Assembly: GCF_009914755.1 (NCBI RefSeq)
Contig: NC_060947.1
Source: the human T2T-CHM13v2.0 reference genome, Homo sapiens
Reading direction: 5' to 3' (one strand)
Length of the DNA: 64,000 nt
The translations under genes were made by a program, and so were the position numbers. This document shows positions 1-13,492 of this stretch, one piece after another. The number at the start of each line of letters is the position of its first letter. Positions within the stretch are counted from its first letter, which is position 1. Under the pieces are notes generated by a model. That model was not told the DNA's origin and did no database searches. It saw only the letters and a program-made list of their open reading frames with translations.

Positions 1-445
1 TTGCAGATGCTCTTTTATCAAGTTGAGGACATTCCATCTATATTCCTAGCTTGATGAGAGTTTTTAATCATGAATGGGTGTTGGATTTGATAAAATTCTT
101 TATCTTTGTCGGTTGATATGATAATATTTTTTTTGGACTATTTATATGCTGGATGGATTACATTGGTTGGTTTTTAAATGTTGAAACAGCCTTGCATTCA
201 TGGAACATAACCAAACTTAATCAGGGTATATAATTCTTTTTATATATTGCTTAATTCTATTTGCTACAATTTTTGAAGTATTTTTGTGCTTATATTTATG
301 GGGGTTGTTGATCTGTAGGTTTTATTTTTTTTTGGTACTGTCTTTGTACTGGCTTTGGTACCAGGGTACTACTAGCTTTATAAAATGAAAGTGTTCCCTC
401 CTTTTCTATTTTCTAGAATTGGTATTAATTCTTCTTTAAAGGTTG
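1..445 (-). mobile_element. Old L1 (L1M) ORF2 fragment
   Basis: Matches antisense L1 ORF2 text (ttttaatcatgaatgggtgttggattt...gctttataaaatga...gttccctccttttctattttct); degenerate. Confidence 0.8.
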
Positions 446-1834
446 TTCAACATAATTTACTTATGAAACTCATTTGGACAAATTAGTGTGATTTAGCCCA
501 GTTTTATTTTTAATGATTTTTGCTTAAGTTTCTGTCACTGAGAACCCGTCTTCCATTTTTTCCTATTCTTAAAATGGGTGTTTCATTGAAGTTTTACATC
601 CTCTCCAAAACTTAAGGTGTTTTAGTTAGTGGGGCTGTCAGTCTAGCACTTTCCTCTCAGAACTCTTGGGGAACTTGTATACACAATGGCATGCCCTGTG
701 ATAGGATCCACAGGGGCAGACAAAGCTGGTAGTCTCTCTGGAATGTTATAGGAGCTCATGTATTCACTTAGCTCCATATCCTGTGGCTGCTTGAATTCCC
801 TCTCCCAAGCTAGCTCACACTGAGAAACAGGCACTGCAGAAAAGGCAATCAATCTGAAACTTGGAAATAGGAGGCAGAGAGGGGGCAGGAAAGAAGGAGT
901 GGTGCAGGGAACCAAACTGGGAATGTTAAATCTTCCTCCTGCCCTTACCAAGCTGTATTCAGAATGTAAAACATAGTGTTTGGTTTGGCATTGGTATTAT
1001 AGTTGGAAAAAACTTCAAGAGAAACTCAATTTATACTGGCAATCTTTCTCTATTGCTTTTTTAAAAGTCTCCCTTTAAAAAAACATTTTTTTCCTCTGTT
1101 ACTGTTTCCGATTACAAAAGTAATCTGTGTGGTAAAAATTCAACAATGCAGAAGTATATAATATAAAAAGTGACTTTCCCCTCTTTTTCTGCCCTTTCTC
1201 TTATTTTTTTAAGTCCTTCTCAGGTTCCAACTTGGTGCTGAACTTGCCCACATTTTCTTTTTCTTACTCTTCTTCCTCGTCTCTTTCTGTAAGAGTTCTA
1301 AACGATTTTTAAGGGAAGCCAAGCCTTCCTTTAAAAAACCAAGGCTACTTGTGTTTGCATAAAGCACTGGCTACTAAGCACTTACTACATGCCCTGCCTT
1401 GTAGCACCTACCCTCTTCCCATGCAAATGGCTCTGCCCAGCTCTACAGGTATCTACTTAACAGCATCTGGCTTAGCCAAACCATTTCACACTAACCTAGC
1501 CACATAAAACTATTTCTGGCTAAATCTCTAACATCTTGGTTAAAGAATATGTTTTTAGCACTTTTGAGTTATAATTTGGGGTGGAATATTATTGTGTGGG
1601 AGACTGCTATTAAAATGGTTTTGGCAGTGAACTCTGAGGGGGAAAGCTTTTCTAACTTTGCTCCCTGTCTTATTGGCTGGCATTTAAAGCTGGATAGTTT
1701 TGATTGGCCAATCATCTGCTTAAGACATTCCTTTGTTTCTTTACTTCCCAGTTAAAGGAGTTGGATATTTCTGTTATATAAACATGCCTCGGGCTTTGGA
1801 GTTAGTTATATCCCTTCTGATAGTCAAGTACATA

Positions 1835-2140
1835 GGTAGCAAGGGTGAAGTGGTTCAGCGTGTGGATTCTGGAGCCATACTTCTCGCCTGAGTGTCTGTT
1901 TGCCTGCCCATCTGTCTGCCTCCTTATTTTTCAAATCCCACAACTACCATTTACTGCCTATGCAATGTTAGATAAGTTAGCTAACCTCAAAGTGTATCAG
2001 CTTTTTCATCAGTGATGGTGAGATTATGGCAGAATGTACCTCAGGGGGTTGGTGTGAGGATTACATATGTTAATGTGTGGAAAACACTTAGAACAGACCC
2101 TGCCATACAGTTAGTCCCATATAAATATTAGCTATTATAG
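1835..2140 (+). mobile_element. MIR SINE
   Basis: Core-like motifs ttactgcctatgcaatgttagataagttagctaacctc...tgtgaggatt...aaaacacttagaacag. Confidence 0.7.
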
Positions 2141-4269
2141 TGACTACATAGAAAATATCCAGTAACTTATATACGGCCAAGCGACCAGAGTCTCTACATT
2201 GTCAGGGTTATACAGAAGATAAAATGTAAGATAGCTATTCCCTAAAAAAGAAAGGATCAGAGACCCTAATTCCTACACACCAAGGATAAAGGGTAAAGGT
2301 TGTAGCAATAACTAAATTATTTAGTGTTTCCTGATAATATTCTGTTCACTCTTCCCATTCTCACCTCACTCGATCATTTGTGTGGCTATAGTGGGGACAG
2401 AATTCTTGGCAGTGGAACTGACAAGGATAGGTTTAATAGGGTATTTATGATAACCCCTTTCTGAGGCAGCCGGGATTGGGAGTTGACCTCACTCCTGTAG
2501 CAGGGAAGGATGTTATGCTAACAGTAAAAAGAATTTACTTGCCAACAGTCTCTCTCTTAATTTATATTACCCAAAGGCCCTAGATGCCACAGTTACTCTA
2601 TAAGGAAAAATACTTCAACTTATCTCTTTATATCTAAACACCTTTCCCCAATATATTCTCTCATTAAACTAACAAGCCGGCCTATTCTCCCAGACTATCA
2701 GGTACTTCCTATCTTGCTTTAATCTTGACTCAGTCTGGACTTGTGGATAATGTCCCTCTCAATAGCCCCTTCAATTTCCTGGACTTGTCATTTTAATTCA
2801 CATCCATTTGTCACTCTGCAGCCCTGGATCAATTTTCTCTGCTGCTTCAAGGAGCTCCCAGCCCCTGCTGCTGCTGTGCCTGCTCTTGCGGCCACTGGAG
2901 AAATCCTGGTGACAGGGTGCTCAGAGGCTTTATTTCCACATTAATGAGCGCCAGGCTCAACTAGGCTCTCCATCCTACTCTGCAACCTCTTTACTTGTCC
3001 TAGTAATCTCCTTGCACTGTGGTGTATGTAAGAACAGGGCTCTTGAGGTTTCACAAATGAAAAACCCTTTCCTTTTATGATGTCACAGTGATTATTTGCC
3101 AGGCCTGATCCAAGGGCTGTGCTACTGAATTAGATGCCCCCTCACTGATGTTAATGACACATACATAATTTTGCATCCTTTCTTCTACCTTAGCTGTATG
3201 TGAAATAGTATTTTTGAGATATTAACTTGTTGTTCTTGTTGCTTTTCTCGGTATATCACTCTTCTGCCTTCCTGTTATTCAAACAGATATCTGTGCTTCA
3301 GTGAAGGTTTGTAGCAAGGTTTCCTGGTCTTTGTGTTTTTATAAAAACCTGAGCCCATTATTCTAGAAGCCTCTGAAGCAAACAAGAATAACAAAGAGAA
3401 CGATTTCCCCCTGATTAGAGAAAAACTCTCCCCAACCTCAGTGGTGAGAGGAGAGAAGGAGAGGAAATGATGACAGCCAAGAGTCCAGAGAGGAAGTGAA
3501 TGCAGGTTGTGTCAAGGTGGATTAGGTCCTGTGCCTAAACCTACAGAGGAAATAGTTGAGAGAGGTTTTGGAGTTGAAGGGGCCACCAGACAGGAATGAG
3601 GGACTTTCAGCAGCCATCTCCAAGGGCCAATGACCTACACCTGCGTGACTTATTACTCTAGGACTACATGTCCACCACCACCCAATATCTTTGCTCCCCT
3701 CCCCTTTTTGCACTGGACTTTAAACACAAACCTGCTGAAAGGAAAAACCCAAACTTTATGGGAACTAGATTTTTGCTGCCCCAGGGGAGTGATAGGCTCA
3801 AAATAGAAATTAGGTTGAATTAGTTCAAAAGTTACATTTCTTGCTCATTAAAGTAGATTCCTAAAAGAAAGAAATGATACTTTTGCACACCTGAGTATGA
3901 GAAAAGCTTGTACACACAAGTTTGTGAACATTGCATTTTGGTAGAACCTTCTCTCTCTTAAGTAACATTTTAAAATCAACAGCAATAGTCACACAAAGCG
4001 GTGCCTTTCAGATTGGCTTCCAAGAAAATTTCTAATGGACCTTCGTAGAGCTTGAGGGGAAAGCAGGTTGGTAGGAGTCTGGACATCAACCAGCACAGCT
4101 TTCTCCAAAGTACTTTCCCTTTTATCTGTTTAATGTGAGTATTATTGTAACATTCTCTTTAAATGGAAGATTCAGATAAAAAATTTTTATAGTTGTTCTG
4201 TGAGATAGATCTATATAGGCAGGATACTAATTTGTTTTGGTTGTTGTTTTATTTTGCTTGTACAACTTC

Positions 4270-4436
4270 GGAACCAGTTCTGAAAGCAATTCCCGGTGTT
4301 TTTAAAGCAATGACAACAAAAGTGCATGGCTTCTTTTAGAGGGAATTATTTTGAAGGTCAGCACTTGGTTGCATTTTAAGTTCTCATGTTGCTAAAGAAG
4401 AAAGTCAGTCTCTTGGCTCCAGGGTCACATGTCACA
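4270..4436 (+). mobile_element. MARNA-like mariner DNA transposon 3' fragment
   Basis: ctgaaagcaattcc...ttttgaagg...taagttct...agtcagtctc...gtcacatgtc resembles the MARNA right end as remembered. Confidence 0.55.
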
Positions 4437-5459
4437 TTTTCACTGTCAATATAGTTCTGATAAAACAGGATTAATAAATCTGTTCCTTAAAATGCAAGGG
4501 CAAAACTGTGAATAAGTAACATTTCAGTTGGGCTAACTAGAATATTCTTTGCTGGTTGAGTCTATTATTTCCATTGCAATAATCATTTCCATTTCAAAAT
4601 TAAATGACACTCCAACCTCTAACAGGACAGGAAATGGCTTTCTCGTTCCAGGGTTCAAGGAAGAGTGCTTGAGAATGAATAATAGTTTTCTTCATCATCC
4701 TTCACTTCTCTAATACAATGCTAGCATACTGGGTATTTCTTCCTTCCTTCTTGAGACTTTTCAGAACTTTACCAAGGGGAACTCTCTGGGCTCTGGGCTG
4801 TTGAAGGAGCCCCCTAGACAGAAGAATAACTGCTGGAAAAGAAGCAGTTTCTACCCAGATTGTGGATCTGTACCCTTCCTTCTCATGTACCCAATAGTCT
4901 GAGAGCATCTAGTTTTGGTTTGCTATTAAGGGGTGGATTCAGCACATACAGCAGGTAGCTGCTGCATCTTGGATGATTCCAAAGACTTCCTTTACTTTAT
5001 GAAATCCTTGGTCCTTGGTACTGACTCTTGTGGTAAAGAGGAGAGTTAGGAAGCTTCTAGGAAGGAGGTAGGGGATTCCATTCAGAATGCTCTGCTGACC
5101 ATTAGTGGCCAGAACAAATTGGAAATGATCATACGACACTAGAGGTAATCTAGGAGGGCAGTTTGTGTCCCTTAGTGCAAAATTCATGTGTTTTAATGAA
5201 GAGTAGTGTCATCTCTGGTCTCTGTTGCTCTCTCTCTTTTCTTGACAAGTTAGGGTCTCTAGACATCTATTTGTTGTGTAGGACTTTATTTTCTAAATGG
5301 TTTGGAAATTTAATTGATTTCCAGATTAAATGGATAACACTTCTTTTAGTCTTCTCTGGATGAAACTTGAAAGGTTAATGAAAAGTATGTGGAAATTATT
5401 TGAGCTCAGTGATTTCAGTGACTCAGTTAGGTATGAAATTCTGAAAGGACTAAATATTT

Positions 5460-5533
5460 TATATATATATACATAAATATTATATATATGTATATATACA
5501 TAAATATTATACATACATATGTATATATACACG

Positions 5534-5569
<36 letters not shown>

Positions 5570-5843
5570 GTCTCACTCTGTTGCCCAGGCTGGAGTGTAG
5601 TGGCGCCATCATGGCTCACTGCAGCCGCGACCTCCCGGGCTGAAGCCGTCTTCCCACCTCAGCCTCCCAGGTAGCTGGGCCTACAGGAATGCCACCATCA
5701 TGCTTGGCTAATTTTTTTATTGTTTGTAGAGACAGGGTTTTGCCATGTTGCCCAGGCTGGTCTTGAACTCCTGGGCTCAGGCAATCTGCCCGCTTAGCCT
5801 CCCAAAGTGTTGGGATTACAGGAGTGAGCCACCATGCCCAGCT
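5460..5843 (-). mobile_element. AluJ whose tail has become (TA)n/(GA)n microsatellite
   Basis: Alu dimer ~5562-5843; 13-bp TSD ggactaaatattt at 5447-5459 and 5844-5856. Confidence 0.95.
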
Positions 5844-6191
5844 GGACTAAATATTTAACACACTTAGACTGAATATCAAAAACCTATTGCAGTCTCTACA
5901 TTTCTATCTTGGATAGGAGTAACAAAGAAGTTACAAGTAAATAAAAGATCAATTAGAAGTTCACCAATGAAATGCTGCTACTAATAAGTATAAAATATTT
6001 CTTTTACAAACACGCATCCTTATTTCAGAAATTTACAGTTGTACTATATAGAGTATTTCATAATTTTTCCCTTTCAATATAAAATAAATTATTTTAAAAG
6101 TTAATCAGCATTATAAAAATAAGCTGTGGTTCAGAACATATCTTTAATCTTTGAAAAAATATGTTATGACTCCAGTCAAGAATATAGAGTG

Positions 6192-6307
6192 GTGTTCACT
6201 TTGGCAGCACACATACTAAAATTGTAATGATGCAGAGAATATTAGCAGGACTCTGTGCAGGAATGACATACAAATTTGTGAAGCATTCCATATTATATTT
6301 TTTAAAA
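6192..6307 (+). pseudogene. U6 snRNA processed pseudogene (full length, diverged)
   Basis: gtgttcactttggcagcacacatactaaaattg...gaagcattccatatt aligns end to end with U6; perfect 14-bp TSD aagaatatagagtg at 6178-6191 and 6308-6321. Confidence 0.95.
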
Positions 6308-6814
6308 AAGAATATAGAGTGTATCATTCATTCACATTTCTATCATTCTTCAAAGAGCCACAAAGTTAGGAGGACAAGTGACTTAAACATTTTAGTATTA
6401 AATATCCCTTCCATGAAGAAATCCTTCCTCTGTGTAACCAAAACCACTCAAAAAATTACCTCAACTTCTTTAAATTATGTTAGTATGTTTTACTTACTTC
6501 CATTCTTTCATTGCCTCAGTAGATAAAGACAGGAATAAAGGAAGGAACTTTTTTTTTAAATAAACACAATGATGTCATAAAAGGCCTTACCATTGTCCCT
6601 GTTCTAAAAGAAAACAGACGTAAACTTCTAACCTCATAAAACAAATCATGCATGAACACTAAAGGTCATTCTTTCCATCACTGCTTATTTCTCATTATTC
6701 AAAATGGTAATTTTTTCAGTTACACAATCACTGGAATTGCCCAAGAAAAAGGACATTGACCTATCAAAATATGCATAGGATCATACAATCTTCCTTCTCT
6801 GTCACTCATATATG

Positions 6815-6940
6815 GTACCAGATTTAGCAAATAAAGATACAGAACACCAGTTAAATTTGAATTTCAAGTAAAAAACAAATAATTTTTTAGTGTACGTCTC
6901 ATGCAATATTTGGAACTCTGTAGTTTATCTGGCAATCCTA
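6815..6940. mobile_element. MER53 hAT MITE, internally deleted
   Basis: ccagatttagcaaataaagatacagaacaccagttaaatttgaatttc...tttatctggcaatccta. Confidence 0.75.
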
Positions 6941-7199
6941 TCAGCTAACAGATTTTCTTCCTTCTTTTATTGAAGTGTTATTCACTTCCATAACCACTCC
7001 TCTAATCTCAGCATTCACACAGCTTCGTCCTTACATCAGGCCTTATTCATTTCATGCATGTCCCACAATAACTTTCAGATTGTTTTCCTGTCTCCAGTCT
7101 CTTTCCTCTGCATGCCCCTGCCGCCAGAATAGCTTTTTATCATGCCACTTCGCAGATTAAAACTCTTAACAGTTCTGTAAGAAACAGATAATTCCTGTT

Positions 7200-7830
7200 A
7201 TTTAAACTATTCAAGACCACAAATTTATAAAGCTTCCAGATTCCTTTTTATAAAGCTAGCAATAACTAAAGAAGAAGTTATAAATATGGTTTCCCAGTAA
7301 ATCTTCCAAAACTGGACACTTGGCCTTTTTAGAAATAACAATGCAAACATCTCAAATAAAAATATTAGCAAAAAGTATCCAATGTTACATTAAAAATAAT
7401 ACTTCTTGTTTGGTTTATTTCAGTAATATAAACATGTGATATTAAGAAATATATTGCTATAATTAATAAAAAAATAGTTAAAGGAGGAAAACCGTATGAT
7501 CATCTTTATAAATGCAGAAAAGGAATGTGCCAATGTTTATCACTGAAGCCTGGCTTTTTAAAAGCCTTTATAAAATTGATAAATATATCTCAAGTCCAAA
7601 GCTAGAATAATTTATGGGGACATACTATAGAAGCATTTTCAGCAAAATCAGGAACAACGTAATAATGCTATTGCCACTATATTTTAAAGTAGTTCTGGAA
7701 GTACTAGCCAGATGCAATTAAATGTGAGAAAGAAAGCACTAGACACAGCAAACGAGTTCAGTAAGTGGCCAGCTATAGGATTAATATATAAAAATCAATA
7801 GCTTTCCTGTGACTAAAAACCAGGTAAAAG
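7200..7830 (+). mobile_element. Old L1 ORF2 (RT region) fragment
   Basis: atgcaaacatctcaaataaaaatattagcaaaa...tatgatcatctttataaatgcagaaaagg...gttctggaagtactagcca. Confidence 0.75.
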
Positions 7831-8939
7831 AGCAAGGAGGTTTTGCTTTATTACTGCATTTCCTAAGGAGCTCACTAAGTCTCTGTTGTCCAAATATGTG
7901 AAAAGCAATCATTTTCTTGAGGGTTAAGAAACAATAATGTATCCTGATGTGATGAACTGACATCCACTTGAAGCTCAATAAAAGTTATTTCCTTCCTTTT
8001 GGAAGCTCTGACTTCACCTTCCACTCTCCTAAATTGTAGTTCAAATCTCAGCTAAGGCCCCAATATGATCTGCAGTAGGTCTCTGATGGAACAGAAGCCT
8101 TTCTTGATGCCTGTGGATGAATGAACTGGTAAGAGCATGGCTGGTGTTGGGACTCCTTAGATCTGCACCTCCTTAATAACTCACTGACAACAGTCCCTGA
8201 AAGTGAAGTGGCTGTCTCCAAGCCCAGACCAGAAACTGAAAGGATCAGCCCAGAACAGTGATCTAAATACTCTAGTTCCTGATTCTGGTTAGTGGTCTTT
8301 AAATGTTTATCACCTTACTATTACTCCTCTTGTGACTTCCCTTCTTATATTGTTCCACCCCCCGACACACGTACACACTGATCAAGTTATAGATGGCTGA
8401 AGGCGTAACAGCTGGTCTACACTCTTCTTAGCCATACGTCCTGGAAGTTTCCAGTTAAAGAGAAACTGAGACTGTTTATACAGAGTTTTTTCTACTATAT
8501 AAAAAAGTGTGTAGGTTATAACTAAGTAATGTGGAATTAATTTCTTCTTCTTTATACTTAGTTGCACCTACTAAACTGCCTTGGTATCCTATTGCTTTGT
8601 CACTGGGTTGAGTAATTGAGGCTATTCTCTAAGAAAATGGGAACCAGAATAGATCTAAATACTCAAGTTCAAAGTTGTAGGTAAAAAGAAAAGCAAAAGC
8701 AAGTCCAGGAGCATATCAGTGAGGCTTTCTTTGAAGCAGGAGGGAAGGGTAGGGGAGCTGAAGATGGAGAAGCAAACCCAGTGCTCCTGGATGGAGAGGA
8801 AGCTGTTAAGGATATGGCTGGACTCTGCTATCCGGGACTGAGAACCAGGAATCCTCTTGAAGTTTGTGAAGATTTTCAGTGTCCTCATGGGATAGGACTA
8901 GCAGAGGACATGGCACCCAGACAAAACCCAATGCATTTG

Positions 8940-9584
8940 TACAATTGTCCCTCAGTATCTGTGGAGAATTAATTCCAGGGCACCCTCACCCTATTCCTCC
9001 ATTCCCGCCCCTGTGGATACCAAAATCCATGGATGCTCGGGTCTCCAATATAAAATGGTGTACAAAAAGACAAATACCGAATGTTCTCACTTATAAGTGG
9101 GAACTAAATAATGTGTACACACGGACCTAGAATGTGATAATAGACAATGGAAACTCAGAAAGATGGAAAGTTGAGGGAGGTAGATGATGAGAAATTACTT
9201 AATGGATACAATGTATGTTATTCTGCTGATGGGTACACTAAAAACCAAGACCTCACCATTATGCAATATAGCTATGTAACAAAACTACATTCATATTCCA
9301 TTAACATATACAAATAAAAAAATTTAGTAAAAAAGTAAAATGGTGTGGCATTTGCATATAACCTAGGCACATCCTCCTATATAGTTTATATTATCTCTAG
9401 ACTATTTGTAATGCCTAATACAATGCAAATGCTATGTAAATAGTTGTTATACTGTATTGGTTTTTAATTTGTATTATTTTTATTGTTGTATTGTTATTTT
9501 TTATTGTTTTCTTCTGAATATTTTCAATCTTCAGTTAGTTGAATCCATAGACACAGAACTGGTGGATATGGAGGGCTGACTGTA
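8940..9584 (+). mobile_element. MER2 (Tigger-family) element split by an L1 3' fragment
   Basis: Ends tacaattgtccctcagtatc / gatatggagggctgactgta; halves 8940-9061 and 9336-9584. Confidence 0.85.
9062..9335 (+). mobile_element. 5'-truncated L1 (L1PB/L1MA) 3' end nested in MER2
   Basis: atgttctcacttataagtgggaactaaata...aataaaaa; TSD taaaatggtgt at 9051-9061 and 9336-9346. Confidence 0.85.
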
Positions 9585-12320
9585 TTCTCTTTTTCTTGAA
9601 TCTCTGTCCTTATCCCTTTCCTCCCTAGTTTGCTACCCTGGGTTCAGTCCTAATTTAGAGCCCTAGTGGGACTGGCTGCCAGCTGGGATCATGGCCCTAT
9701 TTTCTTATGTACAGGGTGACTGTGTTTCAAACACTTGCTGAAACTATGCAGAGATGTCCAGATTGTTCTTTATCTACAGACATACAGACAGTAAAAGACG
9801 CTGCAGATTGCTATTGGCTCCAATGTCATTTGTGACTCAGGGCCCTAGTTTTCCAGTTTCCTACTGTGTGATTTTGCTCTTAGAGGATTCCATGACACCT
9901 GTTTCTATCTACATTATTCTTCTGTCACAAATCAACATACAGTCAGCAATTATAACAGTATGAAGGGATGGGGAAAGAAAGAATGGGAGAGGTTGAGGTA
10001 GCTCATCCCTGAAGATATAACTAGACAGATAGGGTGGAACAAGATGGCCAAACAGAAGGCTCCACCAATCATCTTTTCTGCAAGGATACCAATTTAAAAA
10101 CTGTCTACACAAAAAAGCCCTTTCATAATAACCAAATCATGTGAGCACTCACAATACCTGGTTTTTACTTTACAGTGTTGAAAGAAGCACAGAAAAGGGT
10201 AGGAAAGATAGTTTTAGATTATGGACACCACACTTCCTTCATCCCATGGCAGCAGCTGTGTGGCACAGAGAGAGAATCTGTGCACTTGGGAGAGGGAGAG
10301 CACAGGAACTGTGACACATTGTGTTGAACTCAGTGCTGCATTGTCACAGCAGAAAGCAAAACCAGGCTAAACTCAGCCGATGCCCACCTATGAGGGAGCA
10401 TTTAAACCAGCCCTAGCCAGAAGGGAATTGCCCTTCCCAGTAGTTGGAACTTCAGTTCTGGCAAGCCCTGTCACTGCAGGCTAAAGTGTTCTGGGGCCCT
10501 AAATGAAGTTGAAAGGCAGTCTATGCCACAAGGACTGCTATTCCTAGGCAAGTCATAGTGCTGAACTGGGCTCAGAGCCAGAAGACTTGGGGTACACGTG
10601 ACCCACTGAGACATCAGCCAGGGCAACTAAGGGAGTGCTTGTGCGACCCCTCCCTCAACCCCAGGCTGCACAGCTCACGACTCCAAAAAAGACCCCTTCA
10701 TTCCACTTTAGGAGAGGAGAGGAAAGAGTAAAGAGGACTTTGTTTTGCATCTTGGATATCATCTCAGCCGCAGCAGGATAGGGTACCAGGCAGAGTCCTG
10801 AGGCCCTAGCTCCCAGATGACATTTTTAGAAACACCATGGGCCAGAAAGGAACCTGCTTCCTTGAAGGGAAGGACCCTGTCCTGGCAGGACCTATCACTT
10901 GCTGTTTGAAGAGCCACTGGGCTCTGAATAACCAGCGGCAATACCCTGGTAGTATGCTATGGGCCTTGGGTGAGCCTCTGAGACTTCCTGGCTTCAAGTG
11001 AGACTCAGCACATTACCAGCTGTGGTGGCTATGGGGAAAGACAGCTTCTTCTTGAGAAAAGTGGAGGAAAAAGTAAAGGAGAGTTTCCCTTGCACCTTAG
11101 GTACACGCTCGGCCACAGGGTGTGGAGCACCAAGCAGGTGCTTGGGGTCCCCAATTCCAGGCCTTGGCTCTTTGACACCATTTCTGGACCTGCCCTGGGC
11201 CAAAGGGGAGCCCACTTTCCTGAAGGGTGCGCCCCAGGCCAGGTAGCATTCACCACAAGTTGACTTGAAGAGCCCTTGGGCCTTAAGGGAACATTGACAG
11301 TAGCCTGGCAGTACCCACCATGGGCCTATGGTGGAGGTGGCCATGAAGTGAGGCTCCTCTGCATGTGGAAAGGGGAGGGAAGAGGGAGAAGAACTATGTC
11401 TCATGGTTTGAGTGCTAGCTCAGCTGCAGTACAATAGAACACCAGGTAGATCTCTAAGGTTTTTGACTTCAGTTCCTATTCTTGGATGGTACCTCTGGAT
11501 CTGCCCAGGGCCTGGGATAAATTGACACCCTGAAGGGAAGGACACAATCCTGGCTGGCTCCACCACCTGCTGATTATACAGTCTCAGGGCCTTGAGTGAA
11601 CATAGGCAGTAGCCAGGTAATGGTTACAGTGGGCTTTGGGCAAGACCCAGTGCTGTGCTGGATTTAGGTCTTACCCAGCACAGTCCCAGTGATGGTGGCC
11701 ACAAAGGTGCTCATGTCACTTCACCCCCAGCTCCAGGCAGCTCAGAATAGAGAGAAAGAGAGACTCCATTTGTTTGGGAGAAAGTAAGGGAAAAGAAAAA
11801 GAGTCTCTGCCTGGACATTGAGACATTGAGAGAATTCTTCTGGATCTTATCCAAAACCATCAAGGCGGTACCTCTATGAGTCTGCATGAACCACAGTGTT
11901 CCTAGGATTGGGGTGCCCCCTAATGCAGTTGTGGCTTAGATCACAACACCCAAGTCATTTCAAATTTCTAGAAAACCTTATCAAGAAGGATGGGTACAAA
12001 CAAGCCCAGACTGCAAAGACTACAATAAATACCTAACTCTTCAATGCTCAAACATAAACATCTACAAACATCAAGGCCATTCAGGAAAACAGGACTGTAC
12101 CAAATGAACTAAATAAGGCACCACGGACCAATCCTGGAGAAACAGAGATATGTGACCTTTCAGACAGAGAATTCAAAATAGCTGTTTTGAGGAAACGCAA
12201 TAAAATTCAAGATAACACAGAAGGAATTCAGAATTCTATCAGATCAAATTAACAAACAGATTGAAATCATTAAAAAGCATTAAGCAGGAATTCTAGGGTT
12301 GAAAACTGCAACTGACATAC

Positions 12321-12751
12321 TGATATAGTTTGGATATTTGTCACTACCCAAATCTCATGCTGAATTGTAATCCCCTGTATTGGAGGTGGGATCTGGTGGG
12401 AGGTGTTTGGATCATGGGGATGAATCCCTCATGAATGGCTTGGGCCATCCCCTTGGTGATAAGTGAGCTCTCCCTCTGAGTTCACACAAGGTCTGTTGGT
12501 TTAAAAGTGTGTGGCACCTCCTAGCCCACTCTCTCTCTCTCTCACCCCTGCTTTCACCATGTGAAGTGCTTGCTCCCACTTTACCTTCTGCCATGATTGT
12601 AAGCTTGCTTCCTGAGGCCTCCCCAGAAGCATATGCCAGTACCATGCTTCCTGTAAAGCCTGGAGAACCATGAGCCAATTAAACCTCTTTTCCTTATAAA
12701 TTCCCCAGACTCAGGTATTTCGTTATAGCAATGCAAGAATGACGTAATATG
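12321..12751 (+). mobile_element. MST (MaLR) solo LTR inserted in L1 ORF1
   Basis: tgatatagtttggatatttg...aattaaacctcttttcc...atagcaatgcaagaatg; TSD catac/catcc. Confidence 0.9.
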
Positions 12752-13119
12752 CATCCTGAAGAATGCATCCGAATATTTTAATAGAAGAATTGATCAAGTA
12801 AAACAAAGAATTAGTGAGCTTGAAGATAAGCTATTTGAAAATAAACAGAGGAGATGAAAGAAAAAAGAATAAAAACAATGAAGCATGCCTACAGGATCTG
12901 GAAAATAGCCTCAAAAGGGCAAATCTAAGAGTTGGTGGCCTTAAAGAAGAAATACAGAAAGAGGAGTAGAAAGTTTATTCAAAAGGCTAATAACAAAGAA
13001 TTTCCCAAACCTAGAGAAAGATATCAATATCCAAGTATAAGTAGGTTATAGAGCACAAAGCAGATTTAGCTCAAAGAAGACTACTTCATGGCATTTAATA
13101 ATCAAATTCCCAAAGGTCA

Positions 13120-13492
<373 letters not shown>

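Noticed and set aside
3370-3910. Possible ancient LTR
   Set aside because: LTR-like composition, but I cannot define the ends, TSD or family
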